From Callorhinchus milii (Eukaryota), in NCBI RefSeq assembly GCF_018977255.1, contig NW_024704742.1, positions 134,232,001 through 134,296,000 of the forward strand: a stretch of 64,000 nucleotides of DNA, given 5' to 3'. Shown here in pieces: positions 51,768 to 63,872 of this stretch (position 1 is the first letter of the stretch; the number at the start of each line of letters is the position of its first letter). Under the pieces are notes generated by a model, which saw only the letters and a program-made list of their open reading frames with translations, did no database searches and was not told the DNA's origin. The translations under genes and the position numbers were made by a program.

Positions 51768-52065
51768 GGAGCACTCGCTTTGCAAGCGAGAGACCTGAGT
51801 TCAATTCCAGGCAGAGGGCGAAACCTTGGGCACGTTTCCTTACTCCACACAGAGCCTAATAATAATCCCTCCAAAAAACAAAACAACAATAAATTGGTCA
51901 TTTTCAATCCATGACTGTTTGTAGGGACACTGCTGTGCACAATTGGCTGCCACGTTCGCCCACAAATATACAGTCAATTCACTTTACAGTATATTCTGTG
52001 AAGCGCTTTGGGACGTCTAGAAGACGTAAAAAGCGCTATATCAAATGCAAGGATTATTATTATTA
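51768..52065 (+). mobile_element. Family A SINE, young subfamily
   Basis: Near-identical to 30129-30457. Confidence 0.9.
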
Positions 52066-52958
52066 TAGTTGTAAGAGAAAGGAAGCCACCAGCAGTTAAG
52101 AGCAAAGTGAACCCTTCTGTGGTTAGTTCACTTTCCCAGAGGAAGATGAATAAATCATTTCTGCAATAATATTGCTTACAATAACAATAATAATCAGCGC
52201 ATTTGATTGAGCACCTTTCATGTCAGGAGGACGTCTCAAAGCGCTTCACAGGATATACTGTAAAATGGATTTTTGTAGCCGAATGCAGCCACCAATTTGC
52301 GTACAGCAAACAACAGCAACTCGCATCTATTTAGCGCCCTTCACACAGGGCAGTGTCTTGGAGTGCTGACAAACAGTCACAAGGTGAATGACTGACTAAA
52401 TTTATCTGGGGGGATTGTTGGCCAGGGCACTGTGAGTTTACGGTAAACTCTGAAACGCTTTGACCTGTCTTTTTTTGGTCAGCCGCAGAAGCCCATCACC
52501 GTGCATAAGAGTGGCCAAACCAAACTGAAAATTCCATGCATCCCACCAACACATGGGAATTTCAGAGATAAGATTGTTGGAATGGAACGCGCACTGTGTC
52601 CCTGGAGGGATGCATCCTGCTTACCTAATTCCAGAAAGTATTAGGCGTAAGTCGGCAAGAGCCAAGGCTTGGGGTCCCCAGAGCGTGTGTGGGGGGGTAT
52701 TGCTAACCAGCTAAAACCACATCGCTTGCCATTGATATCCTCCCGATGTGAAAGGCGCTACAACCAATGTGGGGATCATTATCGTTTTATTTCGTAACAT
52801 GCATCAGCGATTGTCATTCTAAGAATTTATTTAAATCTTTTTTGAGAAGAACAAAGAGTGACATTTTTGATTCCCACCGGACAGCTCACTCGAGAGGGAA
52901 ACGAAAGGAAAGTGCTCAGTATGTATCGGAATTAACCCCGTCATTGACCACACATTAC

Positions 52959-53000
52959 CTTCATCGCTTTCCACGGCAACTGATACATTGCACCTGGGTC
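52959..53000 (-). CDS. MALT1: MALT1-family 42-nt linker micro-exon, putative equivalent of mammalian alternative exon 7
   Basis: (G)PRCNVSVAVESDE. Pyrimidine tract plus aag acceptor, gtaat donor, symmetric phase 1-1. AVESDE resembles human AVECTE. Confidence 0.65.
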
Positions 53001-54103
53001 CTTGCGATCAGAGGGAAGAGTATGTTTCAATACAGGCAAATCGCACAGCATGAAGGCGAAAACATTCATAAGTAGTTATTCATTCCAACAGAGAAATTGC
53101 GGGTTGCTTTTTGGCAAATAACTGTGATAGTTATCTCAGGTAAATGCCACATGGGTCGCTTGACTGATTATTCAGTTCAAGTGTATCTGTGATCACCAGA
53201 GCCATCCAATCGCTTACTGGCAAACACCAATTTTATAATAAAATAATATAATCCTTTATATAGCGCCTTATCACATCAGTGAGATGTCTCAAAGCGCTTC
53301 ACCGAATATATTGTAAAGTGGAGTTACTGTGTATTTTGTGGGTGAAGCATGGCAACCAATTGTGCACAGCAGTGTCCCACAAACAGTCGTGGATTGAGTG
53401 ACCACATTTGTTTCTTTTTGGAAGTGTATTACACCTGGAAAGCGATCCGCCAATCGACTAACAACTGGATTCTTACTTACTGTCAAGTGAACAGAGGCGT
53501 GTGGAAACATGCCTCAGGTTTTGCCCCACTTGGGAATCGTACCCAGGTCTTCTCGCTTGCGAGGCAAGTGGGCTAACCTATATGATTCCAGATGGAGGAA
53601 CCCTGGTTGATATTTCGCCTACTCAACCCAGATCAATTACATTCCCCCATCTATTGTTGCAGCAGAAATTCACTGAGAGAATCTGGAGACCAGGAACAGG
53701 CCACCCTCTCAGATCTACACAGCCTTCATCCACCAGGTCAGGCTGCCAGGCAACAGAATATAATATATATATAATATATCTACCTTGCTTTTCTGATGGG
53801 GAAGGACGTGGGCCAGAGAGGAAGCAAAATAGATGGCAATAGCTTAAACTGTTTTTCATGTGCTGGTAAGACAACGACAAATAGGTTTTTGTATTCAATG
53901 AGTCATTCACGCACTATATGCTTGTGCAGATAGTGTTGATTCTTTGAAAAGCAAATTATATCAGATTAGATTTCTTTTAGGAAATAATATCTTGGGTTAC
54001 AGTAAGCAGTTTGGGTCGTGACATGTGCATGTGACTGCCAGGATGGCAAACTGTATTGACCTTGTCTTCTTTTGTCTAGAAATTCTTATGTTCATATGCT
54101 TAC

Positions 54104-54200
54104 CAATGACGACTTCAGCCTCTGTGCTCCAATAATCCTCTTTGCCATTAAAAACTCGACACCGGTATACTCCCTGATGCTGCGGGCTGACTCTCGCAAC
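54104..54200 (-). CDS. MALT1: MALT1-family exon, Ig2 C-terminal part (not in the ORF track)
   Basis: Manual translation VARVSPQHQGVYRCRVFNGKEDYWSTEAEVVI(G) resembles human VPYVDLEHQGTYWCHVYNDRDSQDSKKVEIII. ataag acceptor, gtaagc donor, 97 nt, phase 0-1. Confidence 0.9.
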
Positions 54201-54444
54201 CTTATTTTAAGTTTAGAAAAAGACTTGTGAGAGATTTAGAACCATAAAGATGTGCTGGCACAAAGAAAAATTCATTCAGTTCCATTTAGCTACCTTTCTT
54301 CCCAACCCTCCTCCACCCCCACGTACCTTACCCCTGCAAAGAGTGAGTGTTCTGGAAGGATGAGATCAGATAGGCTGAAGGGCCTTCTTCATCCAAACCA
54401 ATCTTATGAAATTACTCCTTTTTATCTACCCTTCTATCTATTTA

Positions 54445-55475
54445 TCTCTAACCACCCTTTCCTCTCCAAGGTCCTGGAACGAGTTGTTGCTTCCCAGCTC
54501 CACTCTATCCCCCAGTGCCTTCGCCTTGCTTCCTCCCTCCTTTCCTCCTTCAAGGCCGGTCTCAAGACCTTTCTCTACAACTGTGCCTTCACCCCCCACT
54601 CTGAACTCTACCCTTCCCTCCCCTGACCATTTTCCCCTTGCTTGGGTCCCGACCTAACTGTCCAGCGCCTCGGGACATCCTCCCGACGTGAAAGGCACTC
54701 TATAAATGCAATTTTGTTGTTGTTGTCTGCTGTCACTCCCTTCACAAACCCCTGCAATCAAGTTTCTGTGCTGCCCACGGCACAGAAACAGCCCTGGTCA
54801 AAGTGACAAATGATATTCTGTCCATCTGCGACCAGGGCTTCCTCTGCCTCCTTGTCCTACTTGACCTCTCTGCTGCCTTCGACACCATTGCCCACTCTAT
54901 CCTCATCCACCACCTCTCCTCTCACCTCAATCTTCATGGTTCTATCCTTGAATGGTTCAAATCGTACCTCTCACACCGCCTCTACTTCATCTCTACAAAC
55001 AGTTTCTCCTCTAGCCCTCGTATCGTCTCGTGCGGCGTTCCTTGGTCCCCTCCTCTTCAATATCTATACGTTACCTCTTTGTAACATCATCCGCAGACAT
55101 AGGGTTAACTTCCACATGTATGCGGATGACACCCAACTGTACCTCTCTGCCTCCATCTTTGACTCCAGGACCACTGCTGACCTGACAGAATGTCTGTCGT
55201 ACATCAAGTCCTGGGTGAGAGCTAGCTTTCTTCAGTTGAATGTCAACAAGACTGAGGCCCTCCTGATTGGCTCCCATCAGCGCCTCCACACCTCAGGCAC
55301 TGACAGCACCACCATCCAAGGATGCACACTCCACCTTACTAAGCCAGTCCAGAACCTTGGTGTCTTGTTTGACCCTCAACTATCCTTTCTACCCCACATC
55401 CATGCCATGTCCCGCTGCCTTTCCCCACCTCCGAAACATCACCCGGCTCCGCCACTGTTTCACACCACAGGCCGC
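54445..55475 (+). mobile_element. L2 reverse-transcriptase fragment with a nested younger L2 3' end
   Basis: PFLSKVLERVVASQL, LLDLSAAFDTI, GPLLFNIY and FHMYADDTQLY RT motifs, with frameshifts. Confidence 0.93.
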
Positions 55476-56349
55476 AAAAACCCTGAACCCTCCTTCCAGC
55501 AGGGCGAAATGTTGGGCAAGTTTCCTTACTTCACACGCCTCTGTTTGCCCAGCAGTAAGTAGAAACCCGGTTGTTATAGTCGATTGGCAGATCGCTTTTC
55601 CAGGGGCAATAATTTCTTTTAAAAAATTGGTCACTTCAATCCACGACTGTTTGTGGGACGCTGCTGTGCACAATTGACTGCCGCGTTTCGCCCACAAAAT
55701 ATACATTCAATTCACTTTACAGTACTTTAAAGTGAAGCACTTTGAGACGTCTCGAAGACTTGATAAGGCGATATATCAAATACAAAGATTATTATTATTT
55801 GTAGGGAACATACAGTCCAGGCTGACACTCTTATGTAGTACTGGGGTATATGCTGCATTGTTAAAGATTCCTTGGCAGAATTTGAAGAGGGAAGGGAGTT
55901 TCTCTCTCCCAGTGTCCTGGCCAATAATCCCTCAAACAGAATCAGATACTCACTTAAGGAGGCAGTGCGTAAATTGGCTGTTATTATTGTTAAGAATTAT
56001 TATAATAATCCTTGTGCTTGATATGGCACCTTATCATGTCCTTGAGACGTCTCATGCACTTTACAGAACATATATTGTAAAGTGGATGACTGTATGTTTT
56101 TTGTGGGCAAAAAAAAAGGGGCAGTCCACAAAAGTCATGAATTGAGTGACCAATTTTTTTACCCCAGAAAGCGATCCACCAAACGACTAACAACTGGGTT
56201 CTTATTTACTGTTATGTAAACAGCATGTGGAGTAAGGAAACTTGCCTAAGATTTCACCCAACCCAGGAATCAAGCTCGGTTGCAAGGCGAGTGCGCTAGC
56301 CACTATCCTACGGGCCTGCTCAATTGTTGCTAAGTGTACTAGAAATTAC

Positions 56350-56525
56350 CTTGTAATGCCTTTCAGTGCAATCGACTCGTTCCCCATTTCTCAGCCATTG
56401 ATAATGTGGCACAGGTACACCGATGGCCGTGCACTCCAATACCAACATGTCACCCACCATTCGATGCTGGGATTGAGGCTGGTTTATAATCTGGAGCCTG
56501 TTGTCCAAGAGCAGGAATGGTCTCC
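56350..56525 (-). CDS. MALT1: MALT1-family exon, Ig2 N-terminal part
   Basis: LQIINQPQSQHRMVGDMLVLECTAIGVPVPHYQWLRNG matches the MALT1 Ig2 pattern LVLQCVAVGSPIPHYQWFKN. ttccag acceptor, gtaat donor, 176 nt, phase 1-0. Confidence 0.92.
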
Positions 56526-57887
56526 CTGGAAGAGAACACACATCGATAATCACCGAGTAGGAGCTGACAGTCAAGGGAACCTCACCAGGACTTCAGAAAT
56601 GGGTGTGAAGAACCACAAAATTATACAATCACAAGGCTGGTTTGGATGAAGAAAGCTCCTCAGCTCAACTGATTTCACCCAACCTCCCTACGCAATGTCA
56701 AGCTGTTTTCTGAATGAATTTGTGTGCTGGCCCCCAACCACCCTTCCTGGCAACCTGTTCCATTCAGTAATTACCTTCAGGATGAAGACACACTTCCTGG
56801 TGGCTGTCCTGAAATTGCCCTTTGCTACTCCCAACCCTGTGTCCTCTTGACTGCTGTCTCAGTGCAGTCAGGAGTATTGTTATGAGTTTACTTTCTAAAT
56901 CCAATTTTTAAAAAAATGTTTCTTCAGAGTTCTATAAACACCATCTAAGCTGCATTAGCTTGTCTAATCATTGCTCTTGGCATCATTGCTCCAAAACTGT
57001 GGCCCAGGATATCAAACCATTGTATTCAGCGATCTGCATAGAATTGTGAAAAATTCTTAATCTTAAATCTTAATTTGGGAGTCAAGTCTTTGATCGTTCT
57101 TAAAAACAAACCAGTTTCCAAATGAAGATTTTTCCATAAATTTGGAACCAGTTTCAATTTTAAGCTCGTTATTTGTCTTAAGGCTAAAACTGTGAACTCT
57201 TATATTCAGTTTTGATTTGGAAAAAGTTTTTCTGCAGAACTTTTTAAAAAAGGCTGGATTGAAGGTTTTTCCACAATTCCGCACTAAACCTAAATTTTAA
57301 CACAAAATGGTCTTGCAGGCTAAGGCCATGAGAATTTTGTTCAGGTGGATGTTAAAATTCCCATGGCCCTATTCGAAAAGAGACAGGAGATTCTCCATGT
57401 GTTCTTGTCAACAATGGCCCAAATAAAATTTGATAATCACTTCATGGCTGTTTGTGGGACACTGCAGTGTGCAAATTGGCTGCCACGGTCACTCACAAAA
57501 TACACAGTCACAAAGCTTCACAGTAAATCTTAAGAAGCACTTTCATACATTGTTCTGATGTGAAAGGCGCTGTGTCAAGTCTAAGAATTATAACAGGGCA
57601 GCCAAATTTGCAAACAGCAACGTCCTACGAACAGCCATGAAGTGAATGACCAATTTTCTGTGGGGGAATTGTTGGTCATGAGACCGGGAGAAACTCCTCA
57701 TTTCAAATAGTGCCGTATGATCTTTAATGTTCTAAATAAAATAAGTTTGGGGCAGGTTAGGGTTAGAATGCATTCAGTTGAACACCGCAGCAATACACCA
57801 ACAGTTTCCTGTTTAACTACACATGTTTATTTACAGTTCTCACAGCTGAACCACACTGACTCTGAAGAAACAAACATTGTTCTAAAA

Positions 57888-58077
57888 CAGTGGTGACCAA
57901 CCTATGGCTTGTGGGCCGAAGGCCACCAAGAAATGGCTCGCCGATTATTCTCGCTTGTCTCAGTGAGTCGTTGTTCAATCAATAGTGTGTTTCTACTTAT
58001 TTCTTGATTGAGTATGTCTCGATTTACGGCATAAATTTTTTTGTTGTTCGCTGAACAAAATAGGTTGGTTATCATTG
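57888..58077. mobile_element. hAT (Charlie-like) non-autonomous MITE
   Basis: TIRs cagtggtgaccaacctat / ataggttggttatcattg. Flanking 8-mers ttctaaaa and ctctaaag fit an NTCTARAN target duplication. Confidence 0.75.
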
Positions 58078-58549
58078 CTCTAAAGAGGCCAATTTTAGGT
58101 CAAACTGAGCCCCACATCAGCAGGAGATGCCAATATATAACTTAAAATAATAATCCTTGCATTTGATACAACACCTTGCCACATCATCACAACATCTCAA
58201 AGCGCTTCACAGGATTTTATTGTGATGTGTAGTGACTGTATATTAGTGGGGGAACTAAGCAGCCAAAAGAAAACATAATAATAATAATGATCCTAGCATT
58301 TGATATAGCACCTTGTCACATCTTCAAGACATCTCAAAGCGCTTCACAGAATATACTGATACTGTAAAGTGAATTGACAATATATTTTGTGGGAGAAACG
58401 CGACAGCCAATTGCGCACAGCAATGTCCCACAAACAGTCATGGATTGAGTGACCAAATAATTTTTTTTAAGGAATTATTATCTCGGAAAAGCGATCCGCC
58501 AATCAACTAACAACTGGGTTCCTACTTACTGCTAGGTAAACAGAGGCAT

Positions 58550-59767
58550 AAGAAGATAAGAACATAAGAATTAGGAGCAGGAGTAGGCCATTCGGCCCTC
58601 GAGCCTGCGCCGCCATTCGATAAGGTCATGGCTGATCTTCTCACCTAACTCTAATTACCTGCCCTATCCCCATATCCCCTAATTCCTCTATTTTTTAAAA
58701 ATCTATCAGCCTCAGCCTTGAAGATGTTCAAGGACTGAGCATCTACAGCCTTCTGGGGGAGTGAATTCCATAAATTCACTCCCTCTGAGTGAAGAAATGT
58801 TTCCTCAACTCTGTTCTAAAAGGCTGACCCTTAATTTTAAGACTGTGACCCCTGGTTATAGATTCTCCTACCAGGGGAAACAGTCCATCAGTGTCTACTT
58901 TATCCAGACCTTTAAGAATCTTATATGTTTCAATAAGATCTCCCCTAATTCTTCTGTACTCTAGAGAATACAGCCATAGTTTATTCAGCCTATCCTCATA
59001 GGTCAGTCCCCTCATCCCAGGAACTAACCGAGTGAATCTACGCTGCACCCCCTCTAAGGCAAGTATGTCTTTTTTTAAATAAGGAGACCAAAACTGCATA
59101 CAATACTCTAGGTGCGGTCTCACCAAGGCCCTATACAGTCGCAGCAAGACTTCCCTACTCTTGTACTCTAAACCTTTTTCAATGAACGCTAACTGCCGTT
59201 CACCTTCTTAGTTGCTGCTGCACCTGCAAACTAACTTTTTGAGACTGGTGTACAAGGACACCCAAATCATTGATGTAAATTGTAAATAACTGAGGCCCAA
59301 GCACTGATCCTTGTGGCACCTCCACTAGTCACATCCTGCCAATTCGAGAATGACCCGTTTATCCCTCCTCTCTGTTTTCTACCCGTTAGCCACTCTTCAA
59401 TCCATGCTAATATGTTCCCATTAATCCCATGGGCCTTAACCTTGTGCAATACCTTTTGTGTGGCACTTTGTCAAATGCCTTTTTAAAATCTAAATATAGT
59501 ACATCTACTGGTTCCCCCCTATCTAACCTGCTGGATACATCTTCAAAAAATTCTAAAAGATTAGTTAACTGACTTCCCTTTTGTAAAGCCATGTTGACTC
59601 TGCCTAATCTTGTTATGATCTTCCAGGAATCCCATAACGACATCCTTAATTAAGGACTCAAGAATTTTCCCTACCACTGATGTCAGACTAACTGGTCTGT
59701 AGTTCCCCATCTCTTCTCTCCCACCCTTCTTAAATAGTGGTGATACGTTTGCAATCTTCCAATCAAT
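58550..59767 (-). mobile_element. CR1-clade LINE, 5'-truncated and frameshifted
   Basis: VDVLYLDFKKAFDKVPH and RPHLEYCMQFWSPYLKKDILALEGVQRRFTRL. Ends in a (TTCTTATG)-like tail. Confidence 0.95.
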
Positions 59768-60685
59768 GTTGAGTAAGGAAACTTACATCACGCCCTGCTG
59801 GGAATGGAACCCATGCTCTAACCACTGAGCTACGTGATGCCTTATCATGTCGTTAAGACGTCTCAAAGTGCTTCACAGAATATATTTTAAAGCTGACTGA
59901 TTGTGTATTTTGTGGGCGAATTGCGGCAACCAATTGCGCACAGCAGTGTCCCACAAACATTCGTGGATTGAGTCATATAATTGCTTTTTGGGGAAGGGAT
60001 TTACCCCCGGAAAGCGACCCGCCATTCAATTAACAAGCGGGTTCCTACCTACTGCTAGGTAAACAGAGGCGTGTGGAGAAAGGAAACTTGCCGAAGGTTT
60101 CACACCGTCCGGGAATCAAACCCGGATCCTCTCGCTAGGGAGGTGAATGCACTAACCACCATGCTATGGGACACCTACTTAAGAATGCATGCCTCAAGAC
60201 ACTCGAGAGACCAAAAATAAGAATGCATGATCAGTATTCTTTACTCTCTGTCTCACTGCAAAACAAGTCCTCTGCAGCTTCTGCACACCTGATACAAGCT
60301 GATCACTGAAGTTCTGCGTTCACACCCACACACCTATCACCGCCCACATGCCTACCATTCCTGATTCTTATCTCCAGTTCCTGTCTCTACAAGCAAGAGA
60401 GACCAGAAATATATGCACACAGCATGCTCTCATTTCTAATTTGCACCAATATATTAGTCAAGATTTCTGCTTCAACTTCCTGTAGTCACAAGGTTTGTCT
60501 GGATGAAGACGACTGTTTGGCCCATTGAATTTTATTCCTCCAAAACATTACAGGACTCCACTGCTTTCTGTCTCCCCAACTCAGGTCCCCAGCCAGCAGT
60601 GTTAAGTGCCTTGAGACATCCACTCAAAATGAAAGGAGCTGTACAGATATAAACTGTATTGCACTGAATGTAACTCGGGGCTTAC

Positions 60686-60833
60686 CATAGGTAGCACTGA
60701 AATTGTAAACTTCCAAGCGAACCCACTGACTGAAGTTGAAATCCATCCCAATGTTCACTCTGCAGATATAACGTCCGGTGTCATTGACAGTGACGGGATT
60801 CAACACAAGATCTGAGCTGTTGCCATTTGGAAC
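60686..60833 (-). CDS. MALT1: MALT1-family paracaspase exon, second half of Ig1 (first exon present in the window)
   Basis: VPNGNSSDLVLNPVTVNDTGRYICRVNIGMDFNFSQWVRLEV resembles human IPNGNTSELIFNAVHVKDAGFYVCRVNNNFTFEFSQW. cag acceptor, gtaag donor, 148 nt, phase 0-1. Confidence 0.92.
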
Positions 60834-62399
60834 CTGCGTGTCAAACAAAAAGCAGTTTCCATTTATACTGGGTCTTTTTAAACCCAAGATAAGACTGCAA
60901 AGCATTTTACAGGGATGGCGAGCTGAGCAAGATAATAACAATACAATAATCAACAACAATAAAAATTACATTTGTATAGCGCCTTTCACTTCAGGAAGAC
61001 GTCCCAAGGCACCTTATCATTTTGTCGAGACGTCTCAAAGCACTTCCCAGGATATAATGTAAAGTGTAGTAAATGTGTGTATTTTGTTTGTGAAATGTCA
61101 AACAAATTTCCACGGTAGGAGGTTGGGGGAGTGGGAGGAAATAGAGGGAGTTGGATGGAAGGAACAGAAGTCCAGAAGGTAGGTTTTAAAGGAACAAGAG
61201 AAAGCTTGTCCTGCGATCCCAAGAGGAAGCAAAGAGGTCACAAGGCGGAGAGATTGAGGCTTGGGGTTCAGTGGCTGATACGAGTATAGGAAGAGTGGCG
61301 CCATCTCTCAGTTAACGCTTCAAAGAAAGGCAAACTCACTCACTTGCAACTCAAACACAACACCCTCCTCTGAATGAGATTCTGTCTAAAATGTGCTCTG
61401 TGGCTACGAATGTGGTCATGTCTTCCCCATACAATACGTCAGGTGTCAGCCCGGTACAGCTGGTAGCACTCTTGCATCTGATGTTAGCAGGATGTGGGTT
61501 CACACCTCATGTCAGCACTATGAGCTCACATAGTCCACCCAGACCCTCCAGTTTAGTGTCACCATCACACACTCTCCTGAGTGAATAAATGCTCTGAGAA
61601 CCTACCCTGTGTGGAGGGCGCTATCTTAGTGCAAGTTGTTGTGTTGACTGAAATGTTAGTTTCCTGTTGAGGTGGACATTAAAAGATCCCACAGCTCTAT
61701 TCAAAAAGAGAGGGGAGTTTCTCTCGGTGTACTGGCCAACAATCCCCCAAATAAAATCGGTCATTCACTTCATGACTGCTTGTGGGACTCCTGTGCGCAA
61801 ACAGGCTGCCGCATTCTCCTACAAGATATACAGGCACTGCACTTTACAGTAAATCTTGTGATCATAGGACTATAAGAAATACTAGACAAAAATAAGGAGG
61901 TTATAATACACAGGCCTGAAAACAGCTGAAGACAGTTTTACAGAACGTTTTTGGGTTGTTTTAGTGCATTTTCTTTCTCAGGCTGAGATGGAAATTTCAG
62001 ACCAATGTTGACTTGTTCATTGGGTCATTACCCCACCAACCTGTCCGCTCCACCATTGGAGGTCGGGCCTTTAGCTTTTCTGCACCCAGCCTCTAGAACT
62101 TCATCTCGTAGGTCCTCCGTCTTTGCCTCCTTCAAGGCCCATCTCAAGATCCTCTTCAACCTCTTTGGTGGTCTTCTTACCACCACCCAACTAGACCTCC
62201 ATCCTTCATGACTCCAGCCCACAGCTTGAGTGGAAACTCTTGACTGTCAAATGCTTTGGGATGTCCTCTCAATATAAAAGGCGCTTTACAAATGCAATTT
62301 TTGATTGTTGAGTCATGATATTTGTGGCTCGTACCTGATTTGGGTTGCATGAGACGCACATTCACTCCCACGTCTATTGGTGAGCCAATACTAGGCTAC

Positions 62400-62800
62400 A
62401 AAAACAACAACTTGCATTCATATAGCGTCCCTCACGCAGGGTACCGTCCAAGATGATTTACAGTAGCCGGGGGAGCGAAAGGTGACTGTAGACATGGTTG
62501 AATAAGAAGGTCTTCAGGCGCGATCTGCAGATGGGGAAGGAAGGGGCAAGGCGGAGGGATAGAGGAAGAGTGTTCCAGAGTTTCGAGGCATAGTGGCTGA
62601 AAGCGCGGCCACCAATGGTGGAACAGAGGGCATGAGGGGCATGCAGACAGCTGGAGCCAGTCGAGCAGAGGCAGCGGGTTGTGGGGTAAGCAGGTCGGAT
62701 AGGTAGGGAGGTGCTAGGGCATGAAGGGACGTGAAAAATATCTTTTCAGCGATAGGGAGCCAGTGGAGCCTGGCTAGAACTGGTGTGATGGGGGATGATG
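62400..62800 (-). mobile_element. Older L2 3' fragment
   Basis: ITPVLARLHWLPI...LHALAPPYLSDLL. Confidence 0.8.
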
Positions 62801-63179
62801 TAATGGCTAGCACTGGATCACAGAGAGGCAATCTATTGAATTTCCGGCAGAACAGTCGCCAATGATGAGGAAAGAGATTGACTACATTCCTGAATCAACA
62901 AATGACATGAACGTCTCTTCACCGGGAAGTCAGCGACAGGTAAAAAGGAGAAAAGTAAAAAGTTAAAGGAATTACAAAGTCTGTTCTGAAAGTCGAACAA
63001 ATTCTTTCGACAAGGTCCCCTTGAAAATGACTGACATTAGAAACAGGTAATCAAAAGGACGTCCTCGAGGGTCTTGGTTCTGAAAATGGTCGTCTTTCAG
63101 CTGAGAATCTCAATATTGAGAAGAGTCAAGTGCAGAGCAGCACAGGACATCACCAAGAACAGAAAGAGTAGCATAGAGA

Positions 63180-63530
63180 ACAACTACAAAATTATATTTG
63201 TAAAGCGCCTTTCCGGTCGGGAGGACGTCCGAAGGAGCTGAACAGTCAGGGATCAGGACCCGAGCCTGGGGTGGGGGTAGGGGGCGGCATGGTTGGGATG
63301 AGGGAGGGCAGATGGGGGTAGGAGGGCAGCTGAAGGCATGGTCAAAAAGGAGGGTCTTGAGTCATGCCTTGAAGGAGGCAAGAGAGGGAGCAAGGCGAAG
63401 GGATTGTGGGATGGAGTTCCAAAGAGTAGGAGCACAGAAGCTGAAAGTGGGTCGGGCGGGAGACTTGGAGCAGGCTGGAACCTGCTGAGTGGAGGGGGCG
63501 GACAGGTTGATGGGGGGGGGTCACCAGATC
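63180..63530 (-). mobile_element. L2 3' fragment
   Basis: L2 3'UTR similarity to the other copies. Confidence 0.75.
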
Positions 63531-63667
63531 AGAGATGACCAAGTCATGAACAAAATAACTATACCTCCTCTAACACCTCAAATTCCTTGACAGCAACTAC
63601 CATCCTGTCCTAGTGACTGTATTTGTAGCCGATCAATGGGTGTCATAAACAGACATGAGGTGAGAGA

Positions 63668-63872
63668 GTAATAAAAACAGAAGTCCCTGGGAAAACTCAG
63701 TAGGTCTATGGAGAGCAGAAAGTCAAGTTAACATTTCAGGTCGATGATCTTTCATCAGAAGAGTTGCGACCTGAAACGTTAAGCCACTTTCCTCTCTCCA
63801 TTAGATGCTGCCTGACCTGCTGAGTGTTCCCAGCGACTTCTGTTTTTATTTCAGATTTCCAGCATCTGCAGT
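63668..63872. mobile_element. Penelope-like foldback element with a hammerhead core
   Basis: Inverted arms aataaaaacagaagtccctgggaaaactcagtaggtc / gacctgctgagtgttcccagcgacttctgtttttatt. Minus-strand CTGATGA...GAAA. Confidence 0.7.

Noticed and set aside
54803..55562. Functional or domesticated reverse transcriptase
   Set aside because: It is frameshifted, interrupted by a nested insertion and truncated by a SINE.
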